From: an uncultured Alphaproteobacteria bacterium
GTDB taxonomy: Bacteria > Pseudomonadota > Alphaproteobacteria > Methylaequorales > Methylaequoraceae
Assembly: GCA_902523675.1 (NCBI GenBank)
Contig: CABZAL010000004.1
Span: 715 to 64,714 of the forward strand
Length of the DNA: 64,000 bases
Direction: 5' to 3'
Under the pieces are notes generated by a model. That model saw only the letters and a program-made list of their open reading frames with translations. It was not told where the DNA came from and did not search any database. Every line of letters begins with the position of its first letter. The stretch's first letter is position 1. The translations under genes were made by a program, and so were the position numbers. Below are positions 10,029-18,836 of this stretch, piece after piece.

Positions 10029-11468
10029 TTACTTTAACCAACTATATTCCTTGTTGATTTTTTGAAAAACAAAATCATAATTTCGATATTTAAGAAAATT
10101 ATTAATATTTATTGGCTCTCTTAATTGTTCATTATTTGTAGTTTGTGTATAGATTTTTTTTTTATAAAAGTTCAAGCATCTTTCTGTCCATTTAATACCA
10201 CAAAAATCAAAAATACTTTTTGTCGCTATTTTAGGATTCTTCAATAACTCCTCAAACTTTAAATTGTATATAAAATTTTGATTTTCAAATTTAAACTTAT
10301 TCATTATTTTGTAATATCTATCAAAATATTTTAAAATATCTTGCATTCTATGAGCCCATGGAACTGACATTAAATTATTTTTAAGTATTGAAATTATAGA
10401 TTCCTTAGGATCTCTGATACAATTTATTATCTTTGCATTAGGTAAGCATTTTTTTATCAGGTTTATAAATTCAAAGTTTTCTAATGACTTATCAGTAAAT
10501 CTATACTCAAAGTTGACATTTTTAATTTTTTTATAAATGTAGAGTATTTCATCTATTGATTTAATTTTTTTATTTTTAATATCAATTTTCCTTAATTTAT
10601 TGAAGAAAATTTGTGTTTCCTCTAATGACTGAACTTCAGATTCTGATGAACAAATTATTTTTTCTATTAGAGTTGAACCAGATCTCGGTAATCCGACAAT
10701 AAAAATTGGGTGAATTTTTTTTGATAATTTGGATTCAGAAATATGCTCTGTCGATTTTTTTATGTTAGCTATTTTTTTTTCGTAAGCCGAATTAAAATCA
10801 GAAAAATAAGTATTAAGCTTAAAATATAAATCGTGAGCAATTGTTAAATTTTTGATTTCTTCCTCAAAATTCTTATTTTCGTATTCAATTTTTCCCTTTA
10901 AAAAATAATAATAAACAGAATTTTCTGCATTTGGTTCAAGTTTCATTATTTTATTTAATTTCTCAACTTTTACTTTATTTTTGTTCATACGATAGGATTC
11001 ATAAAGAAATTTCAAATTATTGGGATTTTGTTTTCTTGCTTTTTCAAAGTATTTTGAAGATTTTTCAAATTTTCCTAAGTTTCTGTATATTCTTCCTAGA
11101 TTAAATAAAGCAACAAAATACTTTGGTTCTATTTGAATAATCTTTTTAAAAATTGTAATTGATAAATTTATATGTCCCTGTTTTTCGAAGAGGTTAGCTT
11201 TGTTATTAAGTAATAAAATGTTTCTAGAATCTATTTTTAAGCCTTGATTTATGACAGACATAGCTAAATCATTTTTATCCATCACCACAAGATTTGATGC
11301 AAGATTAATATAAAGATTTGTTATATTTTTATTAATTCTTATGGCTTTAATTAGTGCAATACAAGATTTATGGATTAGTCCAATTTTTTTATATTCTTGA
11401 GATAAATTAAAAAGTCTTTGAATGATTTCTAATGTATTTTGAAAATGTGATGTTGAATTGAGATACAT
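10029..11468 (-). CDS. TPR-repeat protein with C-terminal sulfotransferase domain (paralog of 8304..10028)
   Basis: 479 aa with IFIVGLPRSGSTL and FTDKS...ESIISILKN, which are collinear with the neighbouring paralog. Confidence 0.75.
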   Translation of the reverse strand: MYLNSTSHFQNTLEIIQRLFNLSQEYKKIGLIHKSCIALIKAIRINKNITNLYINLASNLVVMDKNDLAMSVINQGLKIDSRNILLLNNKANLFEKQGHINLSITIFKKIIQIEPKYFVALFNLGRIYRNLGKFEKSSKYFEKARKQNPNNLKFLYESYRMNKNKVKVEKLNKIMKLEPNAENSVYYYFLKGKIEYENKNFEEEIKNLTIAHDLYFKLNTYFSDFNSAYEKKIANIKKSTEHISESKLSKKIHPIFIVGLPRSGSTLIEKIICSSESEVQSLEETQIFFNKLRKIDIKNKKIKSIDEILYIYKKIKNVNFEYRFTDKSLENFEFINLIKKCLPNAKIINCIRDPKESIISILKNNLMSVPWAHRMQDILKYFDRYYKIMNKFKFENQNFIYNLKFEELLKNPKIATKSIFDFCGIKWTERCLNFYKKKIYTQTTNNEQLREPININNFLKYRNYDFVFQKINKEYSWLK

Positions 11469-11654
11469 AATGGCTAATCTTATTCCTAATTTTTTTTAAT
11501 ATTATTTTCAGTAGTCCAAAAATTTGAGCAATATGTATGCCAATTTTTTTATTGAGTTATCTAAAAAACAATCAAATTTTTTATAAAATTAAGATTTGAA
11601 GATAATCGCTTTAACTTAGATTTAGAACAATACATATTTTAACTAAATTTTAAA

Positions 11655-11740
11655 GCACCTTCAGCAGAATTGGAATATGCAACAGATTCAAATCCGTTGG
11701 ACTTCCGATCATGTCCGTTCAAGTCGAACTAGTATTCCAT
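11655..11740 (+). pseudogene. degenerate full-length tRNA-Leu(CAA)-like relic
   Basis: It aligns along its whole length with the intact tRNA at 13798..13884 (gcagaattgg..gattcaaatccgttggacttc..catgtccgttcaagtcgaac). The anticodon loop is 1 nt short, the acceptor stem does not pair and the T-stem has a mismatch. Confidence 0.55.
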
Positions 11741-11742
11741 AA

Positions 11743-12897
11743 TTAAAAATTTTTAAACCTTTTTGGACTAACCATCAAAATGCTTGAAAACAACAAACAA
11801 ATAATGGCTAAAAAAATTGAACTTTTGTAGTCACCTTGAGAGTCAATAAGAATACCAGAAATAAAAGGTCCTAATATTTGACCTACACTAAATGCAGTTG
11901 TCATAATAGCAACTGAAATATTGACATTTCCAATGAATCTTTTTTTTCCTTCAACAAGTACTAAAGCAACAGATCCTGGAACTCCTAAACCATAAAGCAT
12001 GCACGAAATTAAAAAATAATTTAGATTATTACTAAAAAATAATAGTGAGACGCCTAAAGCAACTGTTAAACAAGAAAAAAATAGTAAAAAGTCTGTGCTG
12101 ATATTTTTTGATACAAAATTCCAAATGAGAACTGATGGAATCGCAAAAATTCCAACAACAATCCATGAAAGATATTGATATGAAGAAATTTCAAATAAAT
12201 CTTTTGCTATTGCACTAATAAACGTTCCAAAAATTATATACCCAACACCAAAAAAAAAATAACCAAATGCTATAGAAAAAAAATCTATCTTAAATTTATT
12301 TTCAATTGGAGCAATTTTATCGGTTTTTAAAAGTATTTGTTTCGGAGTATAAAAAATTATCGGGATACATAATAAAATTCCAATAAAACCGATAAACATC
12401 CATTGATGATTCCAAAAAAGATATGAAGTTGAAATAATCCAAACAGCTGAAGTTCCAATAACTATTCCAAGCCCAATTCCGCAAAAATGATAAAGTTGTA
12501 AGGTTTTATTTTTCATATCTTTGAAAAAATTGAACATTAGCGATATTGTAAATACAAAGCCAAAAGCACTGGATATTCCGCAAAAAAATCTTAGAGCAAT
12601 AAAGGTTTTTAAATCTGTAGTAAACCCCATTAGATAAATTGTAATTACAGAACATATTGAAGAAAAAATAATTATTTTTTTAAAATTATTAAATTTCCAA
12701 ATGATTGGAATGATTGAACCGACAAGATAACCAAAATAATTATATGAAGAAATTATCCCCATAGTGGTTGAACTTAGATCCAAGTCATTTTGCATATTCG
12801 GTAATATCGGTGTGTAAATAAACCTACCAAAACCGATGGCTATCAGAGTAGAGCAAATACCTGCTATAATAATTTTTAAGCTATTGGATGATTTCAT
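11743..12897 (-). CDS. MFS transporter (YbfB/YjiJ-like)
   Basis: 384 aa with about 12 hydrophobic segments and MFS-like organisation. Confidence 0.7.
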   Translation of the reverse strand: MKSSNSLKIIIAGICSTLIAIGFGRFIYTPILPNMQNDLDLSSTTMGIISSYNYFGYLVGSIIPIIWKFNNFKKIIIFSSICSVITIYLMGFTTDLKTFIALRFFCGISSAFGFVFTISLMFNFFKDMKNKTLQLYHFCGIGLGIVIGTSAVWIISTSYLFWNHQWMFIGFIGILLCIPIIFYTPKQILLKTDKIAPIENKFKIDFFSIAFGYFFFGVGYIIFGTFISAIAKDLFEISSYQYLSWIVVGIFAIPSVLIWNFVSKNISTDFLLFFSCLTVALGVSLLFFSNNLNYFLISCMLYGLGVPGSVALVLVEGKKRFIGNVNISVAIMTTAFSVGQILGPFISGILIDSQGDYKSSIFLAIICLLFSSILMVSPKRFKNF

Positions 12898-12933
12898 TTT
12901 TATGCTTAAATATTAAAGTACATTTTATTTATA

Positions 12934-13713
12934 TTGACTAGGAATAAATTAAAATCATTTATGCAATTATTTTTTATTTGGATAATATTAGCATATATTG
13001 GAGTTTCTTGTGTTTTGAAAGCTCATCACAAAATTGATAATCCAATAATAAAGTTTTCCGATTCACCGGAAATAAAAAATCTTTTCTTTGAATGGAGAGG
13101 TCATATTAATATTGATAGGAAAAAAAATAATCACGAAACTTATCATCAAGTTTTAGAATTTGGCAAAGGTTGGAATGAAAGACATGAAACGGATATTGAG
13201 CTTCACATTGCTGATTTAAAAAATAGTTCATTGGCAATCCCAACAATAAAATTCCAAAATAAATTTAATATCATAAATAAAAAGAATCTTTTATTTTCTA
13301 CTTTTTTTTCATTTAACTTCGCAACAGAAAAAAATGGCTCAGATCAAATAGAATATAAATTTCTATTCCAAAATAAATTTAAATATTTTATTTTTAATAA
13401 CGGTTTAGGTTTCTACAAAAACATTAATGGAGTGAATTCAAAAAAAACAGTTTTAAAATACTTTCCTTTAATTTATTTCAAAAAACCTATTATATCCGAT
13501 ATTCATTTGGCAATTGCTGGAAGTAGCGATTTCGGAAAAATTTCAAAGTTTAGTACATATACTAATCAGAAACATCAGTATGGATTAGGGATCAAAAAAT
13601 CTTTTTATAAAAATACTTCATCTGAAGTTGATTTAACAATTGCATATCTAAAAGGTCTTAATTCAAAGTCTTTTGATCAATCACTTATTTGGTATGTTAA
13701 TAAATCATTTTGA
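12934..13713 (+). CDS. hypothetical exported protein, possibly an outer-membrane beta-barrel
   Basis: 259 aa with an N-terminal signal-like segment, alternating amphipathic stretches and a C-terminal Phe. The start is TTG; an alternative ATG lies at 12961. Confidence 0.4.
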   Translation: MTRNKLKSFMQLFFIWIILAYIGVSCVLKAHHKIDNPIIKFSDSPEIKNLFFEWRGHINIDRKKNNHETYHQVLEFGKGWNERHETDIELHIADLKNSSLAIPTIKFQNKFNIINKKNLLFSTFFSFNFATEKNGSDQIEYKFLFQNKFKYFIFNNGLGFYKNINGVNSKKTVLKYFPLIYFKKPIISDIHLAIAGSSDFGKISKFSTYTNQKHQYGLGIKKSFYKNTSSEVDLTIAYLKGLNSKSFDQSLIWYVNKSF

Positions 13714-13797
13714 TAATTTTTTTAGGTTGATGACAATTTCTGGATAACCACTTTGACCTAAGATTATAATCATATATATTTTAACTTCATTACTAAA

Positions 13798-13884
13798 GCC
13801 CCTATGGCGGAATTGGTAGACGCGACGGATTCAAAATCCGTTGAACTTCGGTTCATGTCCGTTCGAGTCGGACTAGGGGTACCA
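13798..13884 (+). tRNA. tRNA-Leu (anticodon CAA), class II with long variable arm, CCA encoded
   Basis: Hand-folded. The acceptor stem is GCCCCTA/TAGGGGT, the anticodon stem is ACGGA/TCCGT with loop TTCAAAA, the T-arm is GTCCG-TTCGAGT-CGGAC, and the 3-prime end is ACCA. Confidence 0.9.
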
Positions 13885-13894
13885 TTTAAGTTTT

Positions 13895-14749
13895 TTAATC
13901 AACTTTTGTCAGTGCATTTTGTGGTTGAGTGTACTCGTCAATAATTTCATTTAACCATGAATTTTTGGGGATTAAAAATTCTTTTTCTTTTGGTACTGCC
14001 AAAGTATTAAAAGTTGCTGCATTAGCATAGTAATTATTATCATTAATAAAATAATTATTTGGGTTATACAACATAGTCGTTGCCCAAAATGGTTTATAGT
14101 TAATTGTTAAAAGATGTTTATTCAAACAATTTGGATATTCACGATGATTTTCAATCCAAATGATTGGTTTAAACTTATTAATAAAATCTTTTGCTCCTTT
14201 TAAAACACTTAATTCCATAAACTCTACATCTATTTTCAAAAAATTACATTTTTTTAAATTTAAAAAGTTATTGAGAGTTAAAGTCTTTATTTTATTTTTT
14301 TTTATTCCCTTAATTTTTGCACAATATGAATTATCATAATCTTTTTTCAAACCAATTCCTCCAAAATTACCTGGTTGGGAATAATCAAAATCATTTAATT
14401 CTAGGATTGTGTTTGTACTTCCAACCGCATTATTGAAAATCTTAACATTATTTAATTCGTTACATTTAATATTTCTTTTTAGAAGATTAAAAATAAATTT
14501 TTGAGGTTCAAAAGCGTAAACTTTTCCATTTAAACCAACCTTTTTTGCAAATGGTACAGAAAAACATCCAATGTTAGCACCTATGTCAAAAATTACATCT
14601 CCGTCATTAATAAATTTTAATATTGTCTTTAATTCTAATTCCGAATACTCTCCATATTCTCTAATTGACAACCCAATAAATTCATCAAAATGACAAAAAT
14701 GAAATATACCGTGTTTTCCATTTACCCTACCGAGAATATCTTTATTCAT
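13895..14749 (-). CDS. FkbM-family SAM-dependent methyltransferase
   Basis: 284 aa with a VIFDIGANIGCFSV motif. Confidence 0.75.
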   Translation of the reverse strand: MNKDILGRVNGKHGIFHFCHFDEFIGLSIREYGEYSELELKTILKFINDGDVIFDIGANIGCFSVPFAKKVGLNGKVYAFEPQKFIFNLLKRNIKCNELNNVKIFNNAVGSTNTILELNDFDYSQPGNFGGIGLKKDYDNSYCAKIKGIKKNKIKTLTLNNFLNLKKCNFLKIDVEFMELSVLKGAKDFINKFKPIIWIENHREYPNCLNKHLLTINYKPFWATTMLYNPNNYFINDNNYYANAATFNTLAVPKEKEFLIPKNSWLNEIIDEYTQPQNALTKVD

Positions 14750-14863
14750 ATTTATTAATTAGCAATTTCTGTTCCATTGGTAAATTAAATATACAAAGTG
14801 TGTTAATGTGTGTGTTAGTAAATTTGAAACCCGCACTCACGTTGACTCACAGAAGGAGGAAAT

Positions 14864-14922
14864 GGATTTAAAAATCCGTTGAACTTCGTTTCATGTCCGT
14901 TCGAGTCGGACTAGGGGTGCCC
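14864..14922 (+). repeat. direct repeat: copy of the 3-prime part (anticodon loop to acceptor end) of tRNA-Leu(CAA)
   Basis: aaatccgttgaacttcgtttcatgtccgttcgagtcggactaggggt matches 13836..13880 with one mismatch. Identity starts in the anticodon loop. Confidence 0.8.
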
Positions 14923-15081
14923 TCGTAAAATTCTGGTATAAAAGTTGCTAATTTGCTGAATGACCAAAAATTAGACTGAAGTGGGATTGCATTATTAGAA
15001 TACTTAATTTCCAAAAAAACCTTCAAAGATAAATTCATAGCATTAGATATCGGAAGTGCTTTAGGAACTCATACAAGTATT

Positions 15082-15771
15082 ATGAGGTCATATGGTTTAT
15101 CTGTTGATATAATTGACAAATATGAAAAAAATACTGAATTCGTAGAAGATTTTAACATACATAAGTTTAAAAAAAAATATGATTTAATTTTTTGTTCTCA
15201 CGTTATAGAACACCAAAGAAATCCAGGACTCTTTCTTGATAAAATTTTTGATTCTCTCAAAGATGATGGGGATTTTATTATTTCAGCTCCAAAACATCCC
15301 GCAGAAAGATTTGTTGAAGGACATATATTGTCCACTATTTTACCAGTTTTTTTAAAGATGTTAATATATGCTGGATTTGATTGTAAAAAAGGTAAAATGA
15401 TTTCACTTTTGGGTATTGAAAATTCATTTATTGTAAAAAAGTCCAAAAATTTCTCGCTAAAGGAAAGAGATGCGACTGGATATAAATGGACAAAAAATCA
15501 CCGAGATCGTTCGCCAATAGAATTAAGAGCAGGTTATGAGATTCCAGCTACTACTTTGTATTTAAACAACTGTGAAATATTCAAGATATATGAAAAAGAA
15601 TATGAAGAAAAAACAAATTCTGCCACTGGATTAATTTTCGATCCTCCTAGAAATTATAAAAAAAGAAATGTTTGTTTTTTTCTCAATACCTTTAAACAAT
15701 TTTGTTTATACGATTCAGCTAAAAATCTTCTAGCTAATTTCAGTGATGATTATGTGCGTTTTAACATTTAA
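15082..15771 (+). CDS. class I SAM-dependent methyltransferase, apparently 5-prime truncated
   Basis: 229 aa from the first ATG, with YDLIFCSHVIEHQRNP (post-I/II region). SAM motif I (ALDIGSALG) lies upstream of the ATG in the same frame (open from 14980) with no ATG, GTG or TTG available. Confidence 0.6.
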   Translation: MRSYGLSVDIIDKYEKNTEFVEDFNIHKFKKKYDLIFCSHVIEHQRNPGLFLDKIFDSLKDDGDFIISAPKHPAERFVEGHILSTILPVFLKMLIYAGFDCKKGKMISLLGIENSFIVKKSKNFSLKERDATGYKWTKNHRDRSPIELRAGYEIPATTLYLNNCEIFKIYEKEYEEKTNSATGLIFDPPRNYKKRNVCFFLNTFKQFCLYDSAKNLLANFSDDYVRFNI

Positions 15772-15966
15772 AAAAATCAATTATTAATCCACACAACTTA
15801 ATTAACTTTACTTAAAAACATAATCCTACCCATCCCTACTGATTTCTAGGATGATTGCTTTAGCATTCACAGAAATAATCTTAGAGATTTTGAAAAAAAA
15901 CATTGATAAAAGACATTGACACAAACAATGAAAGTCAATTTCATGAAGGGTTTTAATCATAAAACA

Positions 15967-16025
15967 ACGAATTCAAAGCTAGCTGAACTTCAGTTCATGT
16001 CTGTTGGAGTCGGACATGGGCACCA
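15967..16025 (+). repeat. second, more degenerate copy of the tRNA-Leu 3-prime part
   Basis: acgaattcaaagctagctgaacttcagttcatgtctgttggagtcggacatgggcacca aligns with the intact tRNA at roughly 80 percent identity by eye. Confidence 0.6.
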
Positions 16026-16157
16026 ATTGCTTTAGTTTGCAGTATTAATTTAAAATCAAAAAATTAGAAAAAATGTTTCTCATCTTTGTTTTCATCATTA
16101 TAATGAATTAAACAATTTTTTAATCATAGGGGTTAAAATTTTTATTAATGGAAAAAA

Positions 16158-16985
16158 ATGGAGTTTAAAAAATTCTTTTTAGAGGATAATACATACATAA
16201 GATTCAAAAAAATAGGTAACGGTCAGCCTATTTTGTTATTGCACACTTTTAGAAATAGAATGGAATATTCTGACAAACTTGGTAATTTATTAAAAAATAA
16301 GTTTACGGTTTACTCAATTGATCTCCCTGGTTTTGGAGACTCTCCAATTAATAAAAATACAATTTACAGCTTAGGTTTTTTTACAAATTCTATCGTCAAT
16401 TTTTTAAAAAGTTTGAAAATTAAAAATCTAGTTATTGCAGGAGAATCAATTGGTGCGACTTTAGCAGCAAGTGTTTCAGTTGCACTTCCAAAAATTGTAA
16501 AAAAAATATTCATGTTTAATCCATATGATTACGACTCATATTTTGGTGAAGGAATTCAAAGAGGTAATTTTTTTGCAAAATTCATATTGTTTCACGTTGG
16601 AATTCCTGTAATTGGAAATTTTTTTTCAAGCTTAGAGAATAAATTTATATTAAAAAATGTTATGAGTGGTGGATTTTTTGACAAGCAAAACCTTACTGAT
16701 AATTATCTAAACTTACTGTGTGGATCTCTTAAAAAAAAAGGATATGTTTACCACTTTAGAAATGTGCTATCTCAATTTAATAAAAATAATGGAATTAAAG
16801 ATTTATATAAAAAAGTGTCTGTTCCAGTTGAATTATTTTATGGAAAACAAGATTGGGCAAAAGAGTCGGAGAAATTACAAACTCAAAATTTGTTAAAACT
16901 AGATAAATTTAAAACACTTAATAATTCGGCACATTTTTCTTTTTTAGAAAATACGAATGAAGTAGCAAAGTTAATTAAAATTTAA
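16158..16985 (+). CDS. alpha/beta-fold hydrolase
   Basis: 275 aa with a GESIG nucleophile elbow and an LLHTF oxyanion region. Confidence 0.75.
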   Translation: MEFKKFFLEDNTYIRFKKIGNGQPILLLHTFRNRMEYSDKLGNLLKNKFTVYSIDLPGFGDSPINKNTIYSLGFFTNSIVNFLKSLKIKNLVIAGESIGATLAASVSVALPKIVKKIFMFNPYDYDSYFGEGIQRGNFFAKFILFHVGIPVIGNFFSSLENKFILKNVMSGGFFDKQNLTDNYLNLLCGSLKKKGYVYHFRNVLSQFNKNNGIKDLYKKVSVPVELFYGKQDWAKESEKLQTQNLLKLDKFKTLNNSAHFSFLENTNEVAKLIKI

Positions 16986-17000
16986 AAAGGAGTGATTAAT

Positions 17001-17732
17001 ATGGAAAAAATTGCATTCATAACAGGAGCCAATAGAGGAATAGGGTTTGAAACCTCAAAAAGACTAGCTGAAGAGGGTGTCAAAGTAATTTTGGGTTCAA
17101 GAGATTTAAATAAAGGAAAGGAAGCTGTCGAAAAATTAAGCTCTATCAATATTGATGCCGATCTAGTTCAATATGATGCATTTGATTTGGATGCACCTCA
17201 AAAGATTTATGATTATATATTCGAAAAATATAAAAAGTTAGATATTTTAATCAATAATGCTGGGGTCCTCTTAACAGGAAATCTATTTGTAACTAATAGT
17301 TCAACTATCACCGACAAAAATTTGAAAGATACTTTTCAAACTAATTTTTTTTCTATTGTTTCACTAACCCAAAAGTTACTTCCCCTACTTAAGAAGTCTA
17401 AAGCAGGGAGAATAGTAAATGTATCTACAATTCTAAGTTCATTAACTCTCCACTCAGCTAAAGATTCACCAATTTCACCAGCAAAAGAATTAGCATACAA
17501 CTCCTCTAAAACAGCATTGAATGCATATACAATACATTTAGCCCTAGAACTAAAAGATACAAATATCAAAGTTAACTCTGGTCACCCTGGTTGGGTAAAA
17601 ACTGAGCTAGGCGGTCCAAACGCGCCAATGGAAGTTAAAGATAGTTATAAAACCTCATTACGTCTAGCATTACTGGACTCAGATGGTCCAAGTGGAGGTC
17701 ATTTTCACGAAGAAGATACCATACCATGGTAG
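17001..17732 (+). CDS. short-chain dehydrogenase/reductase (carbonyl-reductase-like)
   Basis: It has ITGANRGIG and YNSSK motifs. The track start at 16992 is GTG; the ATG at 17001 gives MEKIAFITG. Confidence 0.8.
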   Translation: MEKIAFITGANRGIGFETSKRLAEEGVKVILGSRDLNKGKEAVEKLSSINIDADLVQYDAFDLDAPQKIYDYIFEKYKKLDILINNAGVLLTGNLFVTNSSTITDKNLKDTFQTNFFSIVSLTQKLLPLLKKSKAGRIVNVSTILSSLTLHSAKDSPISPAKELAYNSSKTALNAYTIHLALELKDTNIKVNSGHPGWVKTELGGPNAPMEVKDSYKTSLRLALLDSDGPSGGHFHEEDTIPW

Positions 17733-17845
17733 TTCTAAAGTTAAATTTATATTTTAAAAATTAGTTTTATGATGCTGTTTATATTATCTAAATTAAGTAT
17801 TTAAGTGTTTTTTTAATATAGTCTTTAAAATAATTGAAACCAAAA

Positions 17846-18835
17846 ATGAGAAAAAACATTGCTATTATTGGTTCTGGATTAGCAGGAATTACTATTGCCT
17901 CAGAATTAAAAAAAAAATTCAATGTAGAAATTTTTGAAAAATCTAGAGGAGTGGGAGGAAGAATGTCAACTCGAAAGGAACATCCATTCATTTTTGATCA
18001 TGGAGCGCAATTTTTTAAGATTACAACAACTGATTTCATGAATTTCGTTTCAGAACTACTTACGGAAAGAGTAATTTTACCGTGGAAATTCAAACTTGCA
18101 CATTTTGAAGGTATTAAATTAACTAAAATTAAAATTATAGATAATGAAGATAAATTTTTTGTGGGAGTTCCGAATATGGATTCTATTATAAAATATCTGG
18201 CAAAGAAGATTGATGTAATGATTAATACTAAAATTGAAAAAATAATTAAAAAAAAAAACGACTGGTTTTTATATGATCAAAATAATAAAAGCTATGGTAA
18301 ATATGACTGGGTGATTTCGACTCTTCCAGCAGAACAATCAAAAGAGTTAATTTCCAAAACAATCTCTTTTTACCCATTACTCAAAAAGATTAAAATGAAG
18401 GGTTGTTTTTCTTTGATGATTGGTATGAATGACCCAGTAAGCTTAGATTATGATGCTGCTATAATCAAAGACAATGATGTTGCTTGGTTAGCCATAAATA
18501 ATTCAAAACCATTAAGGACAGAAAAATATAGTTTATTAATAAATTCTTCATATGATTTTGCTGCTAAAAATATTAGTTCTCCGAAAGAGAAAATTATAAA
18601 CCATTTGTTAGATACAACTAGTGATGTAATTAATCGTCAAATTCCTGAATCAGCTATGATAAGACTTCATCAATGGAGATATGTTGAAGCAGAAAAACAC
18701 CCAGATGATAATTTTTTTATTGATTCCCAAAATAAAATCGGGATATGTGGTGATTGGTTTGTAAATAGTAGAGTTGAGGGTGCGTTTATTAGTGCTAGTA
18801 ACCTCTCAAAAGAGATTATTAAACACAATTTTTAA
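17846..18835 (+). CDS. NAD(P)/FAD-dependent oxidoreductase (renalase/amine-oxidase-like)
   Basis: It has an IAIIGSGLAGI dinucleotide fold and RMSTR. The track start at 17834 is TTG; an in-frame ATG lies at 17846. Confidence 0.7.
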   Translation: MRKNIAIIGSGLAGITIASELKKKFNVEIFEKSRGVGGRMSTRKEHPFIFDHGAQFFKITTTDFMNFVSELLTERVILPWKFKLAHFEGIKLTKIKIIDNEDKFFVGVPNMDSIIKYLAKKIDVMINTKIEKIIKKKNDWFLYDQNNKSYGKYDWVISTLPAEQSKELISKTISFYPLLKKIKMKGCFSLMIGMNDPVSLDYDAAIIKDNDVAWLAINNSKPLRTEKYSLLINSSYDFAAKNISSPKEKIINHLLDTTSDVINRQIPESAMIRLHQWRYVEAEKHPDDNFFIDSQNKIGICGDWFVNSRVEGAFISASNLSKEIIKHNF

Positions 18836-18836
18836 A

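Noticed and set aside
14790-14812. A GT-rich stretch, gtgtgttaatgtgtgtgttag, and the nearby direct repeat actcac..actcac upstream of tRNA relic A.
   Set aside because: It is short low-complexity sequence with no second copy elsewhere in the window and no clear function. I note it only as junction sequence.
14821-14834. A 13-nt string, aatttgaaacccg, is shared between 14821 (just upstream of tRNA relic A) and 20546 (after the small exported-protein gene). I considered it as a possible island boundary repeat.
   Set aside because: For an AT-rich 64-kb window, many exact 13-mer matches are expected by chance, and the flanking sequence does not extend the match.
11469-16157. I searched around the tRNA-Leu array for an integrase, excisionase, transposase or phage genes.
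   Set aside because: No ORF in or near the array shows tyrosine or serine recombinase or DDE motifs. I therefore do not call a mobile element, only relic att-like repeats.
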